Positions 12,156 to 24,148 are shown, counted from the first letter of the whole stretch. The stretch is DNA of 59,431 nucleotides, filler included, from Xylographa opegraphella (GCA_022813865.1; 10 parts of 10 records of this genome joined end to end with filler, not necessarily neighbours in it); one strand, 5' to 3'. The notes: generated from the sequence alone by a model not told the origin. Made by a program: numbers and translations.

Positions 12156-12559
12156 GGATGGTTTGTGGTGGCGATGGGGAGGCGGAAGGTCGCGCTTTTT
12201 GTTTTCTAGAATACTACAATACATCTGAGATCCAGCCAAGGTGTGCAATTTCGCTAGCGTACATGTTTTCGTGCGCCGACTCTGATTTGCTCAGAAGCAG
12301 ACGGTGCACGTCGTCGCTCGGAAGTTTCTTCGCCGCTCCTGCTTTCCAGTACCTAACTTCCCCCAATCACTTTAGAAGGAGGCTAGAGGTAAGGGCGGAG
12401 CACTGATATTGAACCACACTGGCCGCGCATCGCAGCACTGCTAGAATCCATTCCCACCACCCAGCCCCACGACCAGGCCATCATTCCCGGTCACCACAGC
12501 CTCCCAAACCACCCGTCCATAACTTGTCCATCCCCAACCCCTCCCGACTCTACCGCCCC

Positions 12560-15500
12560 TCACACCATATTCTTATGCACGACCACCCCATCCTTCCGCC
12601 TCAACCCAACCTTGCCCTCGGCATCGATAAAAGTCTCATAGCCCTGCTTATCCAGCACCTCATTGGGCACGACCTTGCGCGCCTCGAGCTGCTCGACGAT
12701 CTGCTGGTTGGCCGGGCAGTTCTCGAGCAGGAAGCGCAGGCACATGATGGCGTGCTCGCGGATGTACGGGTTGTGCGCGTCGTAGCTGCAGCAGCCGAGC
12801 ACCATCTCCACCCCGCCGTACCGCCGGATCTGCTCCTGCACCGCCGGCGCCTTCCACACCAGCGACGAGAGCACGAGGACCACCAGCTTCTTGAGGTTGC
12901 GCCACTCGAATTCGGCGGGGTGCGGGTCCGCGCCGTCGGCGTCTGGCGATTCGGGGCGTGAGGAGTCGCCTTCGTAGGCGGAGGCGGGGTGCGCATCCGT
13001 GGGGACGGGGTCGTACGGCCGTTCGATGAGGAGGGGGGCCGGGGTGGTGGGGTCGGCGGGGCGGTCCGGGGGGTCGGCGGGCCCGTTCGAGGTAGCGGGG
13101 CGGGGTTGCGATGTGGGTTGGGGTGTTGCGGCGAGTGGGGCCTTGGGGATGCTGGCGTCGAGTTCGCGGAGGAGGGTCACGAGCTCGCTGACGATCTCCC
13201 AGCGGACGAGCAGCTCCTTCCACGTCTCGTTCTCGGTGAGAACGGCGAAGAACTCGAGGAACTGGTAGACGCCTTCGTAGACGCGCTCCATGTCCCAGAG
13301 CGTGAGGGGGAAGTCTTCGGGGAAGGCGACGCCGAGTCGGATCTGGCCTTGCAGGTAGATCAAGGCGCACGTCTCGGGGATGATGGATTGGCGGAAGACG
13401 GTGAATATGTAGCGGACAATGAGGAGGTCGACGCGGGTCGGGGCGTCCCGTCGCAGGGACGATCCAGGAGGGGCTTCGGCTCCGTTGACAGGAGGGAGGC
13501 CTTGCTTCTTGCGGAAGATCTGGGTAAGGATCTTGATGATGATGGATTGCGCCGGCGACACGATGTCCTTGAGCTCGCCGAAGGTCTGGTAAGCAAACGG
13601 CATCAAGCCGTTGTGGAGGATGTCTTCCAGAATGGACATCATCAGCTTGAAGTAGAATTCGTCGTCCTGAAGATCCCACGCGGCGATGAAAATGAGGAGT
13701 TCACGGAGCAGGTTCCGACCAGTATCCTGTGCCAGCAGTAGATTACACCGCACAGCTTGCATCTTATTCAAGCCGCTCGTGGTCTCGTCGGTTCGACTGG
13801 CATCTTGAGGAATCCTCATGATGCCAAGCTGGATCAGCATTGGCAGGGCTTCGATCTCCTGGGGTCCGAGAACAAGGGGTATATCGGTAAGCAAACCTCG
13901 TTCTTGGTCTGACATGCCCAAAGGCCCTTCCTCGTCCTCATCCTCCTCGTCCTCGGCGCTTCCATCAGCAGCGATGTCGGACAATTGGGTTTCAGCGTAA
14001 CTCGTATACTGTTGGCCTTCTTCGTTGACGCCCTGTTCAGACACATTGTGACGGATGGGAGGGCGGTTACGTCCAAGTGGCGCTGGCGCTGGTTCCTGAA
14101 GTCTAGCCATAAGCTGATCCTTAGCTTCACTCAGTGTCTTTGCAGCCGCCTCGGGAGTTTTGATGATTCTCATATCCTCGTCGCGAATCTCATCCGGGTG
14201 CACTGACGTGTGTATTTGACCAACCGTCCCCGCCGGGTAACCTTCGCTTGGACTTCGGCCTTGCGATGGGTGTTGGGTAGGCACAATACCGTCCGTATTG
14301 GAGATTGTATTAGGATCTGTCATTTGAAGCTGCGCATGACCTTGTAGAGTATCCGACACTTCTAATCTCAGTTGCTCTACTTTGTGCATGAGAAGCGCCG
14401 TTCCCTTATCAAACGCGTTCTCATAGTCGCCCTGAGAGTCTGTGAACGGGGGCGCCTCATCTTGTTCCAATCCATTGGTGGTTGCATGAGCATTTGCTGG
14501 ACCGGACGATCCTGAAGCGCCTAAATCATGCGTAACTTCACTCCCTGCTGTAGGTTTCTGCCCATCTGCCGTTTCAGGATTTGGTGGACCTTGGCTCACT
14601 CTCGTGAGCTGCACATCGAAGAACGGATCGGAAGACTTGGATTTTCCGAACAATTCGAGCCAGAGATGAAGCTTACGGGTTTCATTGTGCATGATAAGGT
14701 TGTGGAGGAATTGAAGACACGTGATGAGAAGTTTTTTATCTGTTGAAACCGTTAGACTCTGCATGAAATAGTGATTTACGTGGGTCGAAGTCCTGCAACA
14801 TCCAGGTTGAAATGTACTCTAGGCACCATAGACTCACAGAAACCGATGATACTCGTCCACTGCGCCTCAGCTCTCTGGTTATTATCTCCATCGTAGCCTC
14901 GAGCTGTCACTCTGACACAAAGGTCGATGTATTTGATGACTTGCTTATCAAAGGCGGATGTTGCGGCCAGATTCTGAGCCTTGTTGGTAGTTGCTAACAA
15001 GTTTCGTGCAATCATCAACAGGTCGTTTAACCTCTCAAGATCCTTGGTAAGATTCACCTGGTTCGCAAGCATGACATCGGCATTGGAGGCACCGCTCGCT
15101 TCATTGGCCGCATCGACGGAGATGAAAGACTGCCTCTCGATCTCCGGCATTGCCTGGACAAAGCACAGTTCGAGCTCTTTCCATACTTCTGGTGACTCTG
15201 CCAGAAACTGCCTGTGAGGAGTAAGCAATGCATGTAAGCATCAGAAAGATACAGGTTGGGATCTACCGAGTTTCTGGTTCTGCTTGGCTCTTCCCGAGTA
15301 CTTTCTTGCCCATTGCCAGACAGGCCACCCAAACACTGTCGTTGAGGGTACGTCGGTGACGGAACATACCTTCAGTGTACATGAGTACCATCCTGAGGCC
15401 TATATTCGTGGCTTTGACATGTCGGGGCACCCCTGGATCCGTGGCTCTCCGAGGCTCTGGATTGGCATCTCCCTGTATTTCTGGATTCATTTCGCTCGCT

Positions 15501-15757
15501 GGGCCTGCTTCAGCGGAGCTAGGTTTAAGCGGCATCTCTTGGATAAGCCTGTCGTTGGCGTGACCGGCTCCCGTTCCACTACCAATCTCTTCACCAGTAG
15601 TTCCCTCAATCAAGCCCTCTTCCACAACAGATTCTCGATGAAAAACCCCCTCAACCAAACCCTGCTCCACCACACTCCCCCGAATCAAACCCCTTCCAAA
15701 AGAATTCCCCTCACCACGACCCCCCTCAGTAGAACTTCCCTCCCCAGCCTCCGCCAC
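12560..15757 (-). CDS. Ataxin-10/Ctr86-like armadillo-type protein (3 exons)
   Basis: C-terminal ataxin-10 domain (FEWRNLKKLVVLVLSSL...HNPYIREHAIMCLRFLLENCPANQQIVEQLEA). ORFs 15263-15757, 14776-15228 and 12560-14764 are linked by GT-AG introns near 15267-15212 and 14838-14740. Confidence 0.88.
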
Positions 15758-16636
15758 GTTAGTAAGCGACCTCCCAAACCCCGCTCACCGAAAAGCCTCC
15801 TGAACCAGCGCGATCCTATGAACCAAAACCTTCGGATCCAGCCGTCCGCGACCACACGCTCTCTATAACTCCGAATATGCCTAGAGCAGTTGAACCGCGA
15901 GTGCCAACCCCAGCGGACGTGCAGAAGAAATGCGGGTCGTTCCTGAGCTTTTTCCCGACGTGCACGCTGTCGACGAATCACTTGTCGTAAGCAGCCGCTT
16001 CCAGGAGCACCTTGTCGTAGTGTTTGCGGGGTTTGGTACCAGATCTCGCTGTTGTGTCAGAATGATGCCAGGGTCACTGAGCTGCTGTTCGCAGATGATG
16101 CTGTTTACACGCGATGGCCTCGTCGTGGAGGGGGCTAATCAGATGGTGCGAGTGGTTGTTATGGTTTGGAGTCTGCTGTCGAGGACTACTAACGCGGAGG
16201 TGGTAGTTCCAGAATCCTTTTCTGATCGATCCCGGTATTGGGTCTCTCCATTACTTAGTCAGAAGTCTTCACCAATGGGCGAAATTTTTACGCGCGCGGG
16301 TGAGCGACGGAGAAAGAGGCGGGCCGTGTTGACGCAGGATCCTGGTTTCCTTTATGCTACTACGTACTTCTACAGGAATAGTGCCAACTACTTCCATGTA
16401 ACTTCTTCAACACACGGCAAATTGTCCACGCGCCAACTAATAGTACTTTTAATATCTGCTCATTCACAGAAACTCAACACTTTTCTTAGCCACAACAACA
16501 CTTTCGAGGGACCTCACTAGCTCCTAGCCTTGGCTGCTTCATACCGTCCCCATCTCACCCATCGCAACTAAATCCATCCCTCTCCGCTTCCCAAACTCCT
16601 CAAGCAACTCCTCCCCCACCCCACGCACCTCCCCAC

Positions 16637-17927
16637 CTACGCCTTCCCAACCCTACTCCCACCCACCCTCTTATACTTCCTCGCATCTACCCACCATGAG
16701 CCCCACACACTCCACACGATCCCAGGCCGCAACTCACCCTTCCGGCTCATCTTCGTCTTATCGCGCGTGCCCTTGCCTCCCTCCCAGAAGCCGCCGCCCC
16801 GCTTGCCGACCAGCACCGCGTGGCAGACGGCGCAGTCTTCGGGCCGGTAGTTTTGCTCGCGCGAGCAGAAGCCGCTGATGTGCTTGTTAGTGTGTTGACC
16901 CGCGGTGATGGGAGATGACGATTGCATGAGGGGGGGAGGGTGGAAGGAGGGTGGCCGTACCAGATCATGCGGTTCGCAAAGTCATTCGGGTGGTCGGATT
17001 GTTCGATGTGGCATCTGTTGGAGCGTGAGCCGGGCTTGTTCATCGAGTCGATATAACACTTGACTCGACAAGAAAGCCAACGTACTTGTCGCAAGGGAAG
17101 ACTTTCGCACAACAGCTGAATCTGTATCCGAGATCGAACCGGTAAGTATATGACCTCGTGTATAGTTGCCAGTTCCATCAAAGCGTGAGACGACGTACCT
17201 GAACCACCGATACGACTTCTTGTAGTGGGCACAGCTGCCTCGCCGCGGCAGTTCCTGCCCAGCTACGATGCCTAGATTCTCTTTGACCTGGCCATGTCAT
17301 CGGACCGTCAGCCCTATCGTGCTATCACCCTAAGGTAACTCGAGCGGTGTGATGCGTTGGGGTGAAGTCACTGACCCTCTTCCTTGGCGGCGGCTGATTC
17401 GCACGTGCTGCATGAAATCCGTCTTGTCAGCCCTAACGCGTCTCAAAAAGCGACCACCCGCATTTTTCATCAGCCTGTCATAAGCGGGAACCTTAAATCC
17501 CACCAGCCCCAATTGAGTTTCAGGCGAAATCATCACGTTTGCGGAGGAAATCGCGGGGTTCGATAGAGAAAGCGATTGGGGAAAACTCACCTGCCGCGCT
17601 GACGAGCAGAAACTTGACTTCCGGCAATTTGAAACCTACACAGTTTGACGTCACGACCCGGTCAGCGTCCATGATCTACCGCGATCTGCAGCGCAGCTGA
17701 TCCTGACAGATCATGGGGAAAAGAGCTTTTAGCCCCTTGCAGGGCCCGATCGCACAACCCCTGCACCTGACGGCGGGTAAAAGCGATGGGGGATCTGAAC
17801 GAGCGATGACGTACTCATCTTGTGATGGCATTCGCGGCAGATTGCCATGCTGGATTCCCCGCGCACGGAGATGACTCCGGAGTCAGGGTACGCGGTCGAG
17901 CATTCGGCGCACGTCGGACGAAAAGTG
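16637..17927 (-). CDS. CHY-type zinc finger protein, 3' part only (multi-exon, cut by contig end)
   Basis: Spliced reading: TFRPTCAECSTAYPDSGVISVRGESSMAICRECHHKM, FKLPEVKFLLVSAA, VKENLGIVAGQELPRRGSCAHYKKSYRWFR, FSCCAKVFPCDK, CHIEQSDHPNDFANRMI, GFCSREQNYRPEDCAVC...GFWEGGKGTRDKTKMSRK, DARKYKR. Confidence 0.82.
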
Positions 17928-18121
17928 CTGCAAGGGGACGAGAAGAAACACGGTTAGCGCCACAAGCTGATCTCATGACGGAGGGATGATGCGATGACGG
18001 ATAGGATAGGATAGGGGGGGGNNNNNNNNNNNNNNNNNNNNNNNNNNNNNNNNNNNNNNNNNNNNTTAATTAATTAANNNNNNNNNNNNNNNNNNNNNNN
18101 NNNNNNNNNNNNNNNNNNNNN

Positions 18122-18185
18122 TTCTTTACCCATATATTCTGCTAGAATGACCACTGCGCTTCAGTACCCATCGTACCTTTCAACA
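18122..18185 (+). mobile_element. Family E LTR, 3' fragment (contig-terminal)
   Basis: Matches the last ~64 nt of LTR 58464-58646, ending TTTCAACA. Confidence 0.8.
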
Positions 18186-18234
18186 GAGTATTCAAAAAAT
18201 TTCATTAAATTAATAAAAAATTTAAAATTTTTTG

Positions 18235-18417
18235 TGTTGAAAGGTACGATGGGTACTGAAGCGCAGTGGTCATTCTAGCAGAATATATGGGTAAAGAAGT
18301 GTGTTGTATTAGCTATGAACAACTACGAGACTATATGCTCGCGCACTAGCGTCACCGGGCCTACGGCGGCCCGAGCTCTCGCTATCCTGCAGGCAGGCCG
18401 GGACTCTATTTCTAACA
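18235..18417 (-). mobile_element. Solo LTR, family E (183 bp), TSD TTTTG
   Basis: TG...CA; reverse complement of 58464-58646. TTTTG at 18230-18234 and 18418-18422. Confidence 0.9.
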
Positions 18418-18984
18418 TTTTGAATAGTTTTAAAATTTTGTTAAATAAAATTATTAAATTTTTCAAAATAACGAAAACGTAAAGAAATCGAAAAGGGTTA
18501 TTTTTTTAATATTTATATAATTTTTAATCAATATTATATTTTAATTAAATACAAACGCTATTTTTGTTAATTTAAATATAAATTAATTTGTAAAGTTTAA
18601 AAATAATATTTTTACGAAAATCTCCTTTATTTTTTATGTGTATCGTTTTTTGTATAAAATTTTAATTGACGAAAAATTTGCGACGACGTTACGTACGTAA
18701 TTTATAATTATTTTATTTTATTTTATTTTAATATATATTTCTGCTTTATATTTATATTATTATTTGCTAAATTATAAAGACTTTATTCTATAAACTACGT
18801 ATGGTGCAAAAGTGCGAAAGTTCATGATCGGGTTATTACGGAGGATTACATTTTAGCGCCGTAATTCCATAGGTCCTAATCCTCCACCTAGCGAGGCCTT
18901 GGATATCCCTCTGGTGTTCACGAAGGGAAATGAATCAAATGATTACATTGGGCTCAAATTGATCGTCACTATCACGCAGCCTCG

Positions 18985-20012
18985 ATGGCACGTCGGCCGG
19001 TGGTCTGTACTTTCCTGTACCCATCAGCATGCCTGGCTCATATCCGTTGCTTTTCGAAAGGCGCGGTCCAGTCAGCTGGCGGGATGAGAGCTATGCCTCA
19101 AAATCGTCCTCGCGCACAGAAGAGCATGAAGGTCGCCGCTCGGGAGGCTATGAAGGGCAACGCCTTCTCAAGTGACTTTGGGCTCCTTCCAGGTACCTGG
19201 GTTGAATATGATCCCAAGTGTCACCATATCCCTAATGAGCGACAGGAACCTTCGTGATGCCAAAAGTTTCCAGGAGACCTTCGATATTCAGGAGTACTCG
19301 GCTGCGCCTGCAGCTCGAATGGCACAGACTAAAAATGCGCGTGACAGACTTTGGAGGGTGCGTCTATATCCTCTGGCCGTCACTTGAGTTAAAGTTGCGT
19401 AAGTTTTTCATGCTAACATTTCTGTGACCGTCCTAGGGTCTTGTACTACAAATGGGGCATTACTAAGAAACCGAATCAAAGGCCCAAGTTGGCGTTACGG
19501 AATACAGCACGCTTAGCACAGGCCTTACATACGCAGATGTATACTGCTTTTGCCGAGTACGTGGACTCCTCTTCGTGACGAAGCCAAGGATTTGTTGCTG
19601 CTGCTTACCCAGATCGTGGTGCGAAAGTGGTGATCTCGCAATTCTGAAGAAGACTTGCTCTGATGGCCTTTTTGCTTCATTCCAGTCCCGTATCGCGTCT
19701 CGTCCGGCAAACCAGAAACTTCGTTGGACTCTGCACCAATATATCCATAGACCTCGGGTCGTGTCGCACCGGGCTGTTGTGCTGCCCATGGCCAAAGGTG
19801 CCGCACTTCGACAGGCCGTTGTTGCACTGCACTCCCGACAGAGCCTAGCCAATGTGAAGGCGGGTGGGGAACTGACGCCAGATACCGGGGAAGTAAAAGA
19901 GATCAAGGAATATGTCGTTGTGCAGCGACGTATGTGGAAGGAACAGGAAGAGCCGTGGATGGTTTGGGGAACCATAGAAGAGAGTGATTGGCCAAGCACA
20001 TCTCCGGAGTGA
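18985..20012 (+). CDS. Mitochondrial Tim44-like domain protein (Mba1/mL45-like), multi-exon
   Basis: Arg-rich presequence-like N-terminus, then DFGLLPG|TFVMP, ALHTQMYTAFA|GDLAILKKTCSDGL, RQAVVALHSRQSL and KEYVVVQRRMWKEQEEPWMVWG. Confidence 0.75.
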
Positions 20013-20275
20013 TCAGCTGGCGTGAAGGAGACCCGAATTGTGGATAGACAATTGGAGGTCAAGGTCAAAATCAGAAGATTACGCGACATTTACCTACATT
20101 CAGTGTGGTTGAGCTAGCTAGATGTATTTAGAGAGGTTTGGCCATAGCGGTGTTCCAGTATGTACATAATTGATTCCACTACGAAGCCATTTTACCACAA
20201 CTCAGTCACTCTTCGGCCTTGACGGGGCCATCTCAACACACGCAATAGCCTGCTGCTGGCTTGAAATCCGTGGTG

Positions 20276-22811
20276 TCAGAAGAACTTGCCTTTGATGTCA
20301 GTAGTGCCTTGGGTATAGACCTGCTCGCGATCGGGGTCTAGTCCCTCAACTTCGGCGTGAGTGCCCGTGTAGAAGCTTGGACCGGCTGGAGATGGTCGAT
20401 CGAGGGCTTCGAAACGATGGCCCTTGACCTTGGCTTGGCACCACTGAAAGCAAAGCCGCAGGGCCAAAGCTCCAAAGCCCCACAACAATCCACCAACAGG
20501 TGCCGCGACAAAGGCGCCTACACAGTGTGTAAGCCAGCGTTCTTTCTTGACCTATGCAGAAAGCGAGTGGTGCATTACGTACCGAAGGCACTCCAGTCAT
20601 TCCCGTAAAGTCCATTCTCCAGCAACAACAGGTATGCACCATTTTGCGCGCTTCCATAATAGATGGTTCCAAAAATGAACACCGTCAAAAGCCCCCCCAA
20701 GCCTCCTACAACAACTTCAAATCCTCTCCACCAGTAGCACTGCTCGTTCAAGCCGATAACTAGAACGGGTATAGAACTTGCAGAAACCAGGTCAGAGATT
20801 AAATATATCTGCAGCACGCTAGGGCTTTCCAGTGCCACTACCACTACGGGTACGATGATAAGAACAACGGCAATCCGGATCCACCAGAAATTTAGCTTGT
20901 TTCGGAATAGGTCATTGCTGCCAGTGGAGACCATACCGGATTGCAGACTGTCGAAAGCCGCCGTACTGAGCGAGACCGTCATGACTAGTACGATACCGAC
21001 TACCCATGCAGGGAGCTGTCCGAGCAGCAAGAAAAATGCAATACTTCCCGACTGAGGTGGGTCCCCGGGGTATGCACCAGTCCAGGCAGCGAGCAATCCG
21101 GTGGCACCTACCAAGCCAAGAATCAAGGTTATGGCAACGGTGGCAATGGAAGTTCCAATCAGAAGATCCTGGTCTGTTTTCGAGGCAAACGTACGCATCC
21201 AGAACCCGGAGATAAAAAAGTCGTTGGTGACGACGGCCACCGGGAGAATGTAAATAAGCTGCCATCCAAGAAGCGAGGGTTCGAGAAGTCCAGAGGCAGC
21301 AACGAGCGACGTGTCGATGTGAGTTTCGACACCAACGGTAACGACGGCCAGGATTATAAGACCAACCACCATAAACCCTTGGATATTATCGGTAATAAAA
21401 GAGATTCGGAAGCCTCCCAACGCTAGTGGATGTTGCGACCTGTTAATTACCGCGATCTTGTAGAATCTAAGAGATTGCGATATTGATACATATACTGCTT
21501 ATCACGAGCAAAATGGGAGGAGTTGGAATTGGTGCAAAGAGGAGGTGCAAAATGGGTGGCACTGGGAGTGGTAGCAAGGGATGGCGAGTATCATGACACG
21601 GGTGTAGCTCAACTCACATGTATAAATCGTGGTAACAGCACACTCCACAATAACAGCAGGTAAACCATCAAGTCCGGTCAAGGCGTTGATAATTTGCTGG
21701 AGGGCAGAAAGCTCCGCTACCATGTACAGGAACAGTGTGACCAGCCTGTCAGATCTTAGCACCAGGAACACACGATGTTACCGAAGGATACCAACGTAAG
21801 AAGGCTAAGATAGGAGGCCGTTATGATGCCATATCTTTGCCTGGTCCACTCGGTCAATACAAAACCCTGTGGGCATTTTCGTCGGATGATTGGGCCTAGG
21901 AGTCCGAAAACCATGATTGGAAGCGATGATGACAGGGTATAGACCACGAGACCCTGTACACCGGCTATGGTAGATATCTGTGGGTAAGAGAATAGAATAC
22001 CGGATCCTAGTGCTATAGAGGTACAACATCTGCCGTCAGCAAACCAGGCTAGAAGACAGCGAAGGGTAAAGAAGCGGCAGCACGTTCCCCACGCAAGCAT
22101 TAACTTGATCGAGTGTTTACGGTGCATTCTCAGCTTCGTGGCGAGAATACCCTGCAGATCTCTGTCGCGTTTGGCGAACAGTTGGATACACAGAAAAATC
22201 ATCACCGCTCAGCACCCGTAGTGAAGCCGCGCAGCGCCCGAATCGAAGGTGGCTATGTCCATAGGAAGCAAAGCTCCATAACAAGCTAAGCACCATAGCA
22301 TACTGTGAGCTGGACACAGCAATCCTCGAAGCAGGAAACCGCATTGTTTCAGCTAATACGAACCTGCTCATGATGTTTATTCAGAATCGCACAGTCAAGT
22401 CTGCTTTCGACTTTACACTGTGGCCAGATGTCGGAAGCCTCAAACTGGGTGCTACCGCTTCATTCGACAATCGCTTCTACACTCACCCGATGCAATGAAG
22501 TTCAAGGCGAGAGGAAATGCTACATAGAGAGATCAGTCTCTGTGTGGAAGGACCAGACAAGTTGCGTAAGCGGTAGCTGCTCGACAACAAACACTGCTTT
22601 GCGGATCTAACCCTTCTGCGTGCGATTGCTCGCCAGAAACTCCGACTTTGACTGATGTCTCCAGTGCCATGCAACTATCAGGCCAGTGACTCTGCCCGAT
22701 ATTCGTCAGCCAGCCGTAGTCATCTCGCCGTCACTTCTAGAGGACGAACAGGAAAGCACCATAAGTAAGGTAGATGATGGCATTGGATGCTTGGTAGGAA
22801 GGGATCCCCAT
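20276..22811 (-). CDS. Sodium:solute symporter (SSS) family transporter, NCU01977/DUR31-like, probable thiamine transporter
   Basis: Spliced start MGIPSYQASNAIIYLTYGAFL|VTGLIVAWHWRHQSKSEFLASNRTQK|AFPLALNFIAS|ALGSGILFSYPQIS...FVLTEWTRQRYG...LFLYMVAELSAL...GGFRISFITDNIQG...STAAFDSLQS. Many TM helices; TPP aptamer in intron 3 (22013-22486). Confidence 0.88.
22074..22230 (-). promoter_or_regulatory. TPP (thiamine pyrophosphate) riboswitch, intronic
   Basis: Minus strand reads CAC-UACGGGUGCU-(long P3)-AGC-UGAGAAUGCA-CCGUA-AACA-CUC-GAUC-AAG-UUAAUG-CUU-GCGU-GGG-GAAC-GUG. P1, P2, UGAGA J3/2, P4/P5, the UAAU loop and GCG are all present; a branch site GCUGAC (22035-22040) follows. Confidence 0.95.
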
Positions 22812-23520
22812 AGCGCGAAGGACAGGTAATATTTGCCAAGCTGAAGCAATATTCAACGATAATCTGTGCGTGATTTATTTATCTAAACTCCGTACCCAGG
22901 TAACGGGTCACACCCTAGAAGCGGGCCACCTCAATCGTGATTCCCTCACCAAAACCTACGTTTTTTGAAAAATGATTAAAATTAAAATTGTTGATTATAA
23001 AACGCAGAGTTTCAATTTTATAATAATTTCAATATATATGTTATTGATAAATATTGGCAATATTATATTACAATTTTTATATTAAAATTAAATATATCAT
23101 TGATAAATATTGGCAATATTATATTTTAATTTTTATATTAAAATTAAATATAATATCGATCTTGTTATTGTATAAATCAATCTTTAAATTTATTTTAATT
23201 ATATATATATTATTTATATAATTATTAAAACTCAAGTCAAAGTAAAACAAATTATTTCAATACAGAAAAATTGAATATATAAATAAAATATAAATAGAAA
23301 ATGTATATATTTATTAACAAAAAGAATTCTTGCTTAAAATTTAAAATTTTACAAATCGCTCAAAAAGTATGCTTTTTGCGTATTCAATATATTTAACACG
23401 TTCAGTACGTTCAGTGAAAAAATTTGCTTTTTACATTTTTAGCAAATATTTTATATATTTAAAATACGTTTAAAATACGTTTTTAAAATTGAATTTAGAA
23501 TAACTAGAAATAAAATAAAT

Positions 23521-23711
23521 TGTTAATTGGTAGAAGCATCACTTGCTGGTAGGGATAAAGGAATACCTGAAGGCTAGTTCTATTTATGTATAGCGTAGTT
23601 CAGTACTAGCGTAGGAGGTATATGTCACGTTCACGTGGCCTATACCGAACTTCACCGAATATACGATTACTGTTGCCCCCGCCCTGATCCAAATACACGT
23701 GCCTTTTAATA
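23521..23711. mobile_element. Solo LTR, family B, TSD TAAAT
   Basis: Near-identical to 4687-4877; TAAAT at 23516-23520 and 23712-23716. Confidence 0.88.
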
Positions 23712-23988
23712 TAAATTATAATAAACAATTTTACATCGACGACATCAATTCTTGAAAAGTGTTCAAATAATTATTCGTATTTTACGAATATGTATATTGT
23801 TAAATTTACGTTAATTTCTTTCGCGTTGAAAAATCTGTTAAAGGTTTTAAATTCAGAACATTTAAGTTAATTGAATATTGATTAATAATTAAAAAATCAT
23901 AAAAGTTATATAAATATACTTATTAATAATATTAATATAACTTTTTTATTATAAATTCCTTTTTTAACAGCGAAAATTAAATAGTTTT

Positions 23989-24048
23989 TGTAACGGCGTG
24001 TTACATGGCACCTTAACAAGTGATAGACGGAACGGGACTAAAGCGCGT
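23989..24048. mobile_element. LTR end fragment, family C
   Basis: Identical to 11932-11991. Confidence 0.75.
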
Positions 24049-24148
24049 NNNNNNNNNNNNNNNNNNNNNNNNNNNNNNNNNNNNNNNNNNNNTTAATTAA
24101 TTAANNNNNNNNNNNNNNNNNNNNNNNNNNNNNNNNNNNNNNNNNNNN

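Noticed and set aside
12524..13741. Overlapping 339-, 250- and 145-aa ORFs inside the ataxin-10 gene
   Set aside because: Shadow frames expected from very high third-position GC; Arg/Pro/Gly-rich with no domain.
23043..23152. ~57-bp tandem duplication
   Set aside because: Local duplication within decayed AT-rich repeat; no sign of function.
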